A stretch of DNA of 63,847 nucleotides, filler included. It is 5 parts of 5 records of this genome, joined end to end, with 100 filler letters (N's around TTAATTAATTAA, not from the genome) between each part and the next. Parts side by side here need not be neighbours in the genome. Positions count along the whole stretch, not along the records: positions 28,398 to 44,774 come from SRR22947725_6407; positions 44,875 to 58,217 come from SRR22947725_6411; 3 more parts are not named here. One strand, given 5' to 3'. How positions within the stretch are numbered: the first letter of the stretch is position 1; each line of letters opens with the position of its first letter. Below, in pieces: positions 40,600 through 49,673 of this stretch. The notes beneath the pieces are model-generated. The model was not told the DNA's origin. It worked only from the letters and a program-made list of their open reading frames with translations, and ran no database searches. The position numbers and the translations under genes are program-made.

Positions 40600-41379
40600 A
40601 TGGCAGAATCAATACTTATTAGGCACGAGGCATCGGCGAAGGGGACGGAACGAACTTTGGCGATTCTTGAATATTTAGGTCGTTTCCGTAAGGGTAAGTC
40701 GTCCAGCGAGATTGCCCGGGCACTTTCTCTCCCGGTAAACAGTGTAGGAAGAATTACCGAGACGATGCATAAACGTGGTTGGCTCTACCGACGGGAAGAT
40801 GACCGGAGGTATGTGTTAACCAACCGGGTTGCCGATTTAACCAGACCGCAAATAAATGATAAGAGCCTGGTTGTTTCCTCGTGGGATTCTTTGAAACAGT
40901 TACGTGATATAACCGGAGAGACGGCCCAGTTATTAGTAATGGTCGAGGGAAAGGCGATGGTTTTAGAACAGTGTGAATCCGATCAGGCGATCAAGGTTTC
41001 CGGACGGATAGGGCTGCGCGTGCCCTGTTATTCCTGTGCTCCCGGTAAATCGATTTTGGCTTCTCTGCCCCCGGACGAATTGGAAACTTATTTGAATGAT
41101 GTGACTTTAAAAAAGTTTACTTCAACCACCTTGGCCACCCGTTCTCAGTTGAGTGATGATCTGCAAAAAATTAGGAAGCGTGGATACGGACTGGACTTGG
41201 CGGAAGGAATGGAGGGAATCCATTGTGTATCCGCGGTGATCTTGGATGACTATCATTATCCAGTGGCGGCAATTACGGTGATTGCCCCTTCTTTTCGCCT
41301 GAAACGCGACCGGTTTGAAGAAATCGGAAAAGCGTGTATTCAAAGTGCCCAAAAAATCCGTGAGGAATTATTCAAATAA
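40600..41379 (+). CDS. IclR family transcriptional regulator
   Basis: N-terminal wHTH (RTLAILE..SEIARAL), G.RVP...A.GK..LA, IRKRGY....E...G..CVSA. Confidence 0.92.
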   Translation: MAESILIRHEASAKGTERTLAILEYLGRFRKGKSSSEIARALSLPVNSVGRITETMHKRGWLYRREDDRRYVLTNRVADLTRPQINDKSLVVSSWDSLKQLRDITGETAQLLVMVEGKAMVLEQCESDQAIKVSGRIGLRVPCYSCAPGKSILASLPPDELETYLNDVTLKKFTSTTLATRSQLSDDLQKIRKRGYGLDLAEGMEGIHCVSAVILDDYHYPVAAITVIAPSFRLKRDRFEEIGKACIQSAQKIREELFK

Positions 41380-41409
41380 GAACTCTGACCTGAGCGAAAG
41401 TGTAGCTTT

Positions 41410-42921
41410 TTGAGTGCGGGAAACCAGTACCTTCTTGAGTTAAAGGGAATTGAAAAACGCTTCCCCGGCGTGCATGCCTTACAGTCGGTGGACTTTGAAT
41501 TAAGGAGTGGTGAATGTGTGGCCTTACTGGGGGAGAATGGTGCGGGGAAAAGTACATTGATTAAGGTGATGGGGGGAGCCCATCAAGCGGACTCCGGTTT
41601 GGTATCTGTGCAGGGAGTTCTTCAGTCCTGGGAAAAGCCGACCGATTCTTTAGATGCGGGAGTCGCAATTATTTACCAGGAATTTAACCTGGTGCCTGGA
41701 TTAACTGCAGCGGAGAATGTCTTTCTTGGCATTGAACCGTCCGACTTTGGCTGGGTGCGAAAGAGCGAAGAAAAGGAAAAAGTCCGGGAAGTTTTCAACC
41801 GTATTGGAGCGGAAATTAATCCGGGTGCATTGTGTGATAGTTTAACCGTGGCGGAAAAACAATTGGTTGAGATTGCCAAAGCTCTGGTGCGGGATGCCCA
41901 AATTTTAGTGATGGATGAACCCAGTGCGGCCCTGACAAAAAAGGAAGTCGAACAACTTTACCTGTTAATTGATGAGCTCAAGCTCCGAGGGATAGGTGTT
42001 GTCTATGTGAGCCATCGATTGGAAGAGATTGAACGGGTGGCAGACCGGGCAATTGTAATGAGGGATGGTGCTCGGGTAGGGGAGTTAGGCAGGGAAGAAT
42101 TAGACCGGGCCAAAATTATCGAAATGATGGTGGGCCGGAAATTGGAAAATGAATTTCCCAAGGAAGTCAGAACCCCCGGTGCGGTTCGATTAAGGGCCAA
42201 AAATTTGAATCGTGGGCAAAAAGTTCGAAATGTTTCACTTGAGGTGAGAGCCGGTGAGATTCTTGCCCTGACTGGATTAGTGGGGGCGGGACGTACGGAA
42301 ACGGTGAGGCTCTTATTTGGTGCAGACCGAGCCGATACGGGGGAGGTTGAACTCGACGGGAGAACCCTCCAATTAGGCAGCCCGAGCGATGCGATTGAAG
42401 CGGGCATCTGTCTGCTGACTGAGGACAGGAAAGACCAGGGTCTTGTGTTGGCGCAGTCAATTAAGGAAAATTTCGGACTGCCCAACCTAAAAAAGTTTTC
42501 AAGAAAAGGCTGGGTGAACCGTTCTTTGGAGGGGCAATCCTTTGGCGAATATATTAAAAAATTACAGATTAAAGTGTCCGGGCAGAGTCAATTGGCCTCG
42601 CAATTATCCGGCGGGAATCAACAAAAAGTCGTCTTGGCCAAATGGTTGGAGAGGAATGCGGAAATCCTTATTTTTGACGAACCCACCCGGGGGATTGATG
42701 TGGGGGCAAAGTTTGAAATTTATCAATGGATGAATCAATTAGCCAAAGCGGGGAAGGGGATTATCATGATCAGTTCGGAATTACCCGAGGTGCTCGGTAT
42801 GAGCGACCGGATATTGGTAATGAAGGAGGGGCAATTAATGGGCGAGTTGGTCAATGGTCCTGAAGTTACGCAAGAAGTATTGATGAGTCTTGCGATTGGA
42901 GAGCATTCGGCCTGTTTGTAA
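41410..42921 (+). CDS. Sugar ABC transporter ATP-binding protein (RbsA-like, two ABC domains)
   Basis: GENGAGKST, MDEPSA, YVSHRL, LSGGNQQK, DEPTRGIDVGAK. Confidence 0.95.
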   Translation: MSAGNQYLLELKGIEKRFPGVHALQSVDFELRSGECVALLGENGAGKSTLIKVMGGAHQADSGLVSVQGVLQSWEKPTDSLDAGVAIIYQEFNLVPGLTAAENVFLGIEPSDFGWVRKSEEKEKVREVFNRIGAEINPGALCDSLTVAEKQLVEIAKALVRDAQILVMDEPSAALTKKEVEQLYLLIDELKLRGIGVVYVSHRLEEIERVADRAIVMRDGARVGELGREELDRAKIIEMMVGRKLENEFPKEVRTPGAVRLRAKNLNRGQKVRNVSLEVRAGEILALTGLVGAGRTETVRLLFGADRADTGEVELDGRTLQLGSPSDAIEAGICLLTEDRKDQGLVLAQSIKENFGLPNLKKFSRKGWVNRSLEGQSFGEYIKKLQIKVSGQSQLASQLSGGNQQKVVLAKWLERNAEILIFDEPTRGIDVGAKFEIYQWMNQLAKAGKGIIMISSELPEVLGMSDRILVMKEGQLMGELVNGPEVTQEVLMSLAIGEHSACL

Positions 42922-42933
42922 AATTTTAAAAAT

Positions 42934-44271
42934 ATGAAATGGATCAAAACAATATTTTCTTCTGATTATGGAATGTTAGGCGTGTTGGTAATACTATGCC
43001 TGTTTTTTAGCTGGATTACATTGGAAGAGCAGCAACCTGAGGGAGTGGACGCGGCCGAAGTATTGGCATTGTCCGTCGATCAAGCTTTTGAGTTACCGGG
43101 GCGGGTTTTGATTGCGGGTCGAAAAACGGACTCGGGGGAAGCGTTTACCAATCGGTTGGATGAATTATTACGCCAACGCGGATGGGAAGTCACTGGTATC
43201 GTACAGGGTGGCCCGCCAGAGCTGGGAAAGGGATTACGGTCTAGTTTTGATCTGAATGAAAGTCTGGATCTGCTTGCCTGCGAGAAAACATTTGTAAAGC
43301 TGGCAGTACTTCAAAATTTCCAAAAAGCGGAAGTGAAAATGGCAGAGGTCTTGGTAATGGCACCAGAATCTTCCTTCTGGCCCAATTTCCTCAAGGCTTC
43401 GAATTTATTAAATGTGGCCAATCAAATTGCGGTCATTGCGATTTTGGCGATTGGAATGACGCTCATCGTAATAACTGCCGGGATTGACCTGTCGGTGGGG
43501 AGTTTAATCGCGGTATCTGCAGTCTTGGCCACGTGGGTAATTCGGGAATGGTTTGGAGGCGATGAGGCGACTGTTGCAGGGATGATAGCCGGGTGTGGCT
43601 TTGCAATTTTGATCTGCTCTGCTTTGGGACTGTTTTCGGGCTCGATGGTCGCTTATTTTGGGGTGCCCCCCTTTGTGGCGACACTTGGGATGATGATGGT
43701 GGGAAGTGGTCTGGCCTACATGCTTTCGGGTGGACTTTCGATTTATCAATTACCCCAATCTTTTGATTGGCTTGGACGGGGAGATGATTTGGGAGGGATT
43801 CCCAATGCGGTGGTGCTAATGGTCGTACTTTATCTGTTGGCCCATACCCTAATGAGCCGAACCACCCTGGGAAGATATATTTATGCGGTCGGTGGAAACC
43901 CGGAAGCAGCCCGACTATCCGGAGTGCCGGTGAAGAAAATTTTGCTGGGGGTATATGCAAGTTGCGGGGCACTGGCTGGCTTGGGAGGGGTAATCATGGC
44001 TTCCCAATTTAAAAGTGGGGATCCGAAGTATGGTTTAATGTATGAATTATATGTGATTGCGGCTGTCGTAGTGGGGGGAACTTCACTTTCCGGGGGAAGG
44101 GGGAAAGTTTTTGGCACTTTGATTGGAGCCTTCATAATTGCGGTGATTCAGAATGGAATGAATTTAACCGGCGTGCAAAGTTACACTCAAAAAGTGGTAC
44201 TCGGAATGGTGCTCCTTGCTGCTGTTCTTCTTGATATGCTGAAGAAGAGAGGTTGGAAGTTAAGCCTTTAA
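42934..44271 (+). CDS. Sugar ABC transporter permease (RbsC-like) with extra soluble insert
   Basis: GIDLSVG, PPFVATLG, GRYIYAVGGN.EAARLSG, ELYVIAAVVVGGTSL.GG. Confidence 0.92.
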   Translation: MKWIKTIFSSDYGMLGVLVILCLFFSWITLEEQQPEGVDAAEVLALSVDQAFELPGRVLIAGRKTDSGEAFTNRLDELLRQRGWEVTGIVQGGPPELGKGLRSSFDLNESLDLLACEKTFVKLAVLQNFQKAEVKMAEVLVMAPESSFWPNFLKASNLLNVANQIAVIAILAIGMTLIVITAGIDLSVGSLIAVSAVLATWVIREWFGGDEATVAGMIAGCGFAILICSALGLFSGSMVAYFGVPPFVATLGMMMVGSGLAYMLSGGLSIYQLPQSFDWLGRGDDLGGIPNAVVLMVVLYLLAHTLMSRTTLGRYIYAVGGNPEAARLSGVPVKKILLGVYASCGALAGLGGVIMASQFKSGDPKYGLMYELYVIAAVVVGGTSLSGGRGKVFGTLIGAFIIAVIQNGMNLTGVQSYTQKVVLGMVLLAAVLLDMLKKRGWKLSL

Positions 44272-44293
44272 ATAATCAAGATTGGGTTACGAA

Positions 44294-44774
44294 CTATTCT
44301 TCCGCAGTTGAAACCAATTCCAATCTTGGTTTCATGGTTTGGTAGAGTTCGCGACTTATCCAGGCATCCGTGGCGGCATAGTTAATCTGGGCAGGAGAGA
44401 GTGGTCTTTTTTGCCAGTTGGAAAGCTGAGCCGATTTTGAAAGACGTTGGTTAAAGAAAATAGCAGTTAAATTCCGGAGTCCAGTTTGTTCAATTTTGAG
44501 AGACTGTGCAATTGAGGCAAGATCTTGGAAACCGTCCGGTTTAAAAGGTTCAATCTTTTGAAGATTGATCAGGTCGTCTTTAAGGGCAACTCCAGTTTTA
44601 ATGATGGAGGGGTCTTCGAGAATCTTTACCAACGGGCCCAGTTTCTTCATAACTGGGTGGAGTGTAAAAAGAAAGGCTTGATCTGCTGTTGCCAACTGAA
44701 TCAGTGCGGGCGGGTTGTTGGGACCTTTCTTGAAATTGGGCTTGCACTCGATGTCGAATCCAAGGACTTTTTCC
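44294..44774 (-). CDS. DEDDy 3'-5' exonuclease (WRN/RNase D-like), 5' truncated
   Basis: Frame stays open to the contig edge: GKVLGFDIECKP...ALIQLAT; KTGV...D, SNW....L...Q..YAATDA. Confidence 0.85.
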
Positions 44775-44874
44775 NNNNNNNNNNNNNNNNNNNNNNNNNN
44801 NNNNNNNNNNNNNNNNNNTTAATTAATTAANNNNNNNNNNNNNNNNNNNNNNNNNNNNNNNNNNNNNNNNNNNN
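44775..44874. other. Artificial contig linker
   Basis: 44 N + TTAATTAATTAA + 44 N. Confidence 0.98.
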
Positions 44875-45121
44875 ATTCATGGTGCATGATTTTCCTGCGC
44901 GATTGTGTTGCAAGCTTTAAATAAAACTCTTCAAACTGGTTACTATAATAAAGACCATGATCTTCACCAAAAGCTAATAAAAAATCTTTTTTAAGTGCTT
45001 CTCTTGTCTCTTTTGAACTTGCCATCATTCGGAAATATACAATTACAGACATCTCCAAAAGTGGTAGCTCATCCATCTGCCCAACTGGAGCACCGCCCCT
45101 AAATTCTTGATGTATAGTCAT
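44875..45121 (-). CDS. Hypothetical protein, truncated by contig end
   Basis: ATG with GGGGTGG SD-like sequence; RGGAPVG..ELP.LE motif recalls a conserved roseobacter hypothetical. Confidence 0.6.
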
Positions 45122-45165
45122 AATTCCACCCCATTAATAATAGTTTCGAGTTGACCAATCAATAC

Positions 45166-45182
45166 CTTACTAATTTAGTCAA
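45166..45182. promoter_or_regulatory. Candidate Iron-Rhodo-box
   Basis: Minus strand TTGACTAAATTAGTAAG vs recalled consensus CTGACTRAWTYAGTCAG; ~45 nt upstream of the 45121 start. Confidence 0.4.
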
Positions 45183-45433
45183 CTATTTATAAATCTACTA
45201 TTTATCTGAGCTTGTCAACACACTTGAACATTTCCAATAATAAAAAATACATTTAATTAAAAAAATAAATTTTTAATTCAAAACTTTGCCTGAAAGCAAA
45301 TCAACAAATTTTCGCAGCTTTAAAGGTAGAAACTGTTTATCCGAGTAAATAATGTTATTAAAACTTGGAAGCATGGGATAGCAAATTAAAGTGAAGTAAA
45401 ATTTGCAAGATTAATCCGCTAATATTTTAGTAA

Positions 45434-46141
45434 TCAACTAATTAACCAACCACCATCAACATCTACTGTCGTTCCAGTTACAAACTTATTTTTAACCACA
45501 AACATAATACCTTCTGCCACTTCATCTGCTGTTCCAGCTCTCGGTATTAGATTATCTTTTGTCATATTCTCGTATAATTTTTCTCTATCAGGCCCTTTAA
45601 GGGTAACCATTGGGGTATTTATTGTTCCAGGTGATACAATATTAATTCTTATCCTAGGAGAAACTTCTTTTGCCACTGCTCGGGCCATTGCCTCTACTGC
45701 GCCACCAACAGATGAAAGTGCTATTTGTCCAAATTTACAATTTCTTCCTGGTGAACCCGATACAAGAGTAATTGAACCCCCATCAGTTAAATGCTTTGAA
45801 CCATGGCGAACAACGTTTGCATATCCCCACAATTTATCAAAAGATCCTTTAAAACCATCCATATCCATTTCTAAAAATGGACCAATTGCTCGTTTTCCAC
45901 CAGTAGCTGAACTTATTAAAATATCAAAAGGAGCAAGCTTTTCTAAAAGTATCTCTACACCCACTTCATCTCTCACATCACAAGCTACAAATTTAACCCC
46001 ATTTGGTAATTCTGATTTTTTTTCAGATGATCGACCTATAGCAACAACCTCTGCTCCAGCTTTTTCCAACATCTTAACACTTGCTAGACCAATCCCAGAT
46101 GTGCCACCAAATACTATTGCTTTTTTATTCATAAAATCCAT
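45434..46141 (-). CDS. Short-chain dehydrogenase/reductase (atypical, no YxxxK seen)
   Basis: GGTSGIG, RINIVSPG.I.TP, TG.TVDVDGG. Confidence 0.85.
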   Translation of the reverse strand: MDFMNKKAIVFGGTSGIGLASVKMLEKAGAEVVAIGRSSEKKSELPNGVKFVACDVRDEVGVEILLEKLAPFDILISSATGGKRAIGPFLEMDMDGFKGSFDKLWGYANVVRHGSKHLTDGGSITLVSGSPGRNCKFGQIALSSVGGAVEAMARAVAKEVSPRIRINIVSPGTINTPMVTLKGPDREKLYENMTKDNLIPRAGTADEVAEGIMFVVKNKFVTGTTVDVDGGWLIS

Positions 46142-46174
46142 CTGAAGTATCCTTTTAAGTTACTATCAATTTTC

Positions 46175-46867
46175 TCACGTTCGAGCTTTCTCAAAATCAT
46201 TCCAAGCAGCTTCGAATGCATTGAAATCGAAACCTTTTTTACGTGCTGGATCCAATACCAATTTTTCTGTTTCCTGCATTTTCAAAATAGAAGCTTCTAA
46301 ACCGTCTATGACATCAATAGGAACTACAACTGCACCATGTCTATCAGCATGTACTAAATCACCCGATTTAATATTCAAACCAAAAACATTTATTGGCTGG
46401 TTAACAGTGCGAACATGCACAAACCCATGGCTTGGGCCTATACTTCCAGCAACAACAGGGAAGTCTTCTGCCATATCACCTAGATCTCTCATTACGCCAT
46501 TAGTAAGCGCACCTGACATACCGAAACCTTTATGGATAGTTGTATTTACTTCGCCCCAAAAGGCTCCAATGCAATTTGGATAATCCAGATCTTCAACAAC
46601 TGCAATTGACGGTTTAACACTTTCTGACATTGCTCTGTAATAGCTCATACGACGCTCTCTAATTACAGAAACTGCTTCTGTAGGTGGTTCAATTGCTGCT
46701 ATTTGAGCAGTAATAGCATAGCCAACAATGACACCTTTTTCATCAGAGGCAAGCATAGTACCCCTCGTGAAGTCATTAAAACCTCTCTTACCTTGGGCAA
46801 CCTCTATTGCATTACAAACTGTTGGAGTATCCACAGATTGTAATAAATTTAAAAGTGATATTTTCAT
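46175..46867 (-). CDS. RraA/HMG-aldolase family protein
   Basis: DTPTVCNA, VGYA.TA, GAFWGEV, TNG..RD, GDLVHADRHG; ATGA overlap with the upstream gene. Confidence 0.85.
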   Translation of the reverse strand: MKISLLNLLQSVDTPTVCNAIEVAQGKRGFNDFTRGTMLASDEKGVIVGYAITAQIAAIEPPTEAVSVIRERRMSYYRAMSESVKPSIAVVEDLDYPNCIGAFWGEVNTTIHKGFGMSGALTNGVMRDLGDMAEDFPVVAGSIGPSHGFVHVRTVNQPINVFGLNIKSGDLVHADRHGAVVVPIDVIDGLEASILKMQETEKLVLDPARKKGFDFNAFEAAWNDFEKART

Positions 46868-47559
46868 GTATCCTCCAGCCAACTAGCAAGCGCTATAGTT
46901 GTAATTTTAGGTTGTTCCAATGTTGGAAGATGGCCTGCATCTTCTATAATTTTTAATTTACTATTTTCTAAAAGAGTATGCATTAATTCATGACGCTCTA
47001 GTGGGCATAAAACATCATGCCTACCACAAAGTACTAAAGCTGGGCCTTTGTATGATCGTAATGTATTTTTTTGGTCAACCCGCTCTCGAAGCGCAATGGA
47101 TTGACGGATAAATACATCGGGGCCAATATCAAGCGCCATATCCATGCAAAGCTTTAATATCTCAGTTTTTCTAACTCCATCAAAAAGGTAATTAGGCTTC
47201 ATTTCATCACGAATAATTTCTTTGAGGTGCCCTTTTTTAATTGCATCTATTTGCGGCTGCCGCTGTTTTGCTACTTCAGGCAACTCAGCCAGTGGATTTG
47301 TGTCAAGCAATGCTAACCGCTCTACCCTTTCTGGGGCTTGAGATAAAATTTCCATTGCTACTATCCCACCCATTGAAAGGCCTGCTAATGCAAAAACTGG
47401 TGGTGTATTATTTAAAATAACAGAGGCCAATTCGGAAATTGATTCATAATCAGAAATTTGTGAAAAATGCACTTCTCTTTGCTTGGATAACTCTTTTATT
47501 TGAGGGGCAAAAAGGCGTTCATCACACATCATTCCGGGAAGAAAAACAAGCGGTGTCAT
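46864..47559 (-). CDS. Alpha/beta fold hydrolase
   Basis: FLPGMMCD, GLSMGG nucleophile elbow, GRHD, AGHLPTLE. Confidence 0.9.
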   Translation of the reverse strand: MTPLVFLPGMMCDERLFAPQIKELSKQREVHFSQISDYESISELASVILNNTPPVFALAGLSMGGIVAMEILSQAPERVERLALLDTNPLAELPEVAKQRQPQIDAIKKGHLKEIIRDEMKPNYLFDGVRKTEILKLCMDMALDIGPDVFIRQSIALRERVDQKNTLRSYKGPALVLCGRHDVLCPLERHELMHTLLENSKLKIIEDAGHLPTLEQPKITTIALASWLEDT

Positions 47560-48680
47560 GAGGCTAAGGCAGCACCTTCAGATAGAGATTTGAGCTTCGC
47601 ATAGGCAATTTGTGGGTCAACAGCTCCAAAACCAGCAAAAGTACCAAACCCACAGTCTGATCCTGCAATAACTCTGTCTTTTCCTACGATATCAGTAAAA
47701 CGATCAATTCGCTGCGCAACAAGTTCTGGATGTTCAATGAAATTAGTTGTCGTATCAACTACGCCAGGGACTAATATCTTATTATCAGGAATCTCAGACT
47801 TTCTATCTCTGAATACTGTCCATTCATGCGCATGTCTTGGGTTGGAGGTTTCAAATAATAAATATCCTGCATTTGCAGACATCAAAGTAGAAAACATTTT
47901 ATCCATAGGAATATCACAACAATGAGGGCCTTCATAATTCCCCCAACAAATATGAATTCTAACTTTTTCTTCTGGCACATCCTTTAAAGCATAATTTAAT
48001 GCTTCAACATGTGAAGCCGCAACTTTAAGAAATTCATCATCGCTTAAATCATTAAAAAGCATATGCCTTGAGAGAGCTAAATCGGGGCAATCTAATTGCA
48101 GATCCAAGCCAGATGCGACAATTGTTTCATATTCTGCTTTCATGGCCTCCGCTAAAGCAGATAAGTATTCTTCCCGTGTTTTATAAAAATCATTCTGTAA
48201 AAATAACGAGATTACTCCTGGAGAGGCTGCATTCATGAAACCTCTTGTTTTTCCATTAGCAGACATTGCAGCCTTTAAATTGCTAATATCTTTTTGTAAT
48301 TCCCCTTGTCCCTTTGAAGAAACTGGCCCTGTACACATTGGTCTAGCATATTGAGGCGTACCTCCGTCATTCGCAAGGCGTTCCAAAAAAGTAGGGAACA
48401 TCTTAAGGTCAGCAGGTGCATTTCGGGGGCTATCTCCAGAAAAACCTGTATAACGATCCTTTACATATGTTGCATAAGAAATTTTTGAAGTTTCACCATC
48501 ACTAACTATATCAATTCCAGACTCTGTTTGTTTTTTAACGGTCTCATTAACAGCATTTGTCATTGTTTTATCAAATAATGATTCATCGTAAGAAACACCA
48601 TTTTCGCGGGCAAATATAAAGTCAACAACCTCTTGAGATCTCGGAAGACTGCCAACGTGCGAAGTAAGAATTTTTGTCAT
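47556..48680 (-). CDS. Cobalamin-independent methionine synthase II family (single-barrel MetE-fold Zn enzyme)
   Basis: SHVGSLPR, SDGE, LQLDCP, IHICWGN, PGVVD, SDCGFG; 374 aa, no folate-binding N-terminal barrel. Confidence 0.85.
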   Translation of the reverse strand: MTKILTSHVGSLPRSQEVVDFIFARENGVSYDESLFDKTMTNAVNETVKKQTESGIDIVSDGETSKISYATYVKDRYTGFSGDSPRNAPADLKMFPTFLERLANDGGTPQYARPMCTGPVSSKGQGELQKDISNLKAAMSANGKTRGFMNAASPGVISLFLQNDFYKTREEYLSALAEAMKAEYETIVASGLDLQLDCPDLALSRHMLFNDLSDDEFLKVAASHVEALNYALKDVPEEKVRIHICWGNYEGPHCCDIPMDKMFSTLMSANAGYLLFETSNPRHAHEWTVFRDRKSEIPDNKILVPGVVDTTTNFIEHPELVAQRIDRFTDIVGKDRVIAGSDCGFGTFAGFGAVDPQIAYAKLKSLSEGAALAS

Positions 48681-48700
48681 AATTTTTCTCTCAAATAATG

Positions 48701-49669
48701 TTAAATATTAGTCCATGTAGGCCCTGCAGGGTCATCATTAGATATCACACGATACATGCTTGCCTCTCCAGCCATAGAAGGTTCAAGTATATGTGAGAAT
48801 CCTGCAGGTAAAATGCATGTATCACCTGGATTCAAAGTAACTGTTTCATTTTCCCACCTTAAAAACCAATGACCACGCATTGGCATTAAAACAATTGAAT
48901 GTTTAAATGTTAAGACTTCATTATGAAATGATCCTCGAGTAACAAAATCCACTTCAAAACCTGGCTTATCTGGCAAAACTGCATCTTCACCAATTACTTT
49001 TATTGGAGACTTACCTGCCAAACCCATCAAATCTAGGTAGCGTGCTACATGCCCTGGGATCACATTTATAGCGAGCGGTTCTGGCATCTTCTTTAATTTT
49101 TCGCCTGACAATACGGGCATAGGTGAAACATCTGTAGGCAGCTTTTGCCCTTTTTTGCTATCATAAAGTTTTCCATTGTCTCCCAAGATTAAACCATGAT
49201 CTGCGGCATCTTGAATAACTTGTGGAGCCCATGTGACACCACCTCCTGCATCATCACCACCTAAAACGGCCATAATCATTCCATAATCTATTCCAATATT
49301 TTCAAAGCCCCGAAATATCCCAGTAGGAATATTTATTATATCACCTTCTTCTAATACTACTTCACCTGCGTCGCCCCATCTTCCCCAAAAAAATCTCCAT
49401 CTGCCTTTAAGCACAAAAAAAACTTCAGCTGTGGTATGGCTATGCAAAGAGTTTCTACATCTTGGAGGTTGACCTGCTGCTCCTATATTAAATCCAGGGG
49501 TATCTTTTATATGTACATGCTGATCAGGGCTTTCAGAAACACCACCTCCAATTATCGTGAAGTTTTCTTTTTGATCACTGCCAGGAGTATGTGCGTCAAT
49601 AAAGGCAGTCTTACATGGGACTAAATCTCCATATCGAACGATACGCGCTTCTATTTCTAATGGTGTCAT
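48701..49669 (-). CDS. Cupin domain protein (bicupin-like)
   Basis: SLHSHTTAEVFFVLKG, GD.INIP.G.FR.F; second degenerate barrel LNPGDT..LPAG..H. Confidence 0.8.
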   Translation of the reverse strand: MTPLEIEARIVRYGDLVPCKTAFIDAHTPGSDQKENFTIIGGGVSESPDQHVHIKDTPGFNIGAAGQPPRCRNSLHSHTTAEVFFVLKGRWRFFWGRWGDAGEVVLEEGDIINIPTGIFRGFENIGIDYGMIMAVLGGDDAGGGVTWAPQVIQDAADHGLILGDNGKLYDSKKGQKLPTDVSPMPVLSGEKLKKMPEPLAINVIPGHVARYLDLMGLAGKSPIKVIGEDAVLPDKPGFEVDFVTRGSFHNEVLTFKHSIVLMPMRGHWFLRWENETVTLNPGDTCILPAGFSHILEPSMAGEASMYRVISNDDPAGPTWTNI

Positions 49670-49673
49670 TTTA

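Noticed and set aside
47556-48680. Gene symbol metE
   Set aside because: Half-length, lacks the folate-binding barrel, and sits in a catabolic operon.
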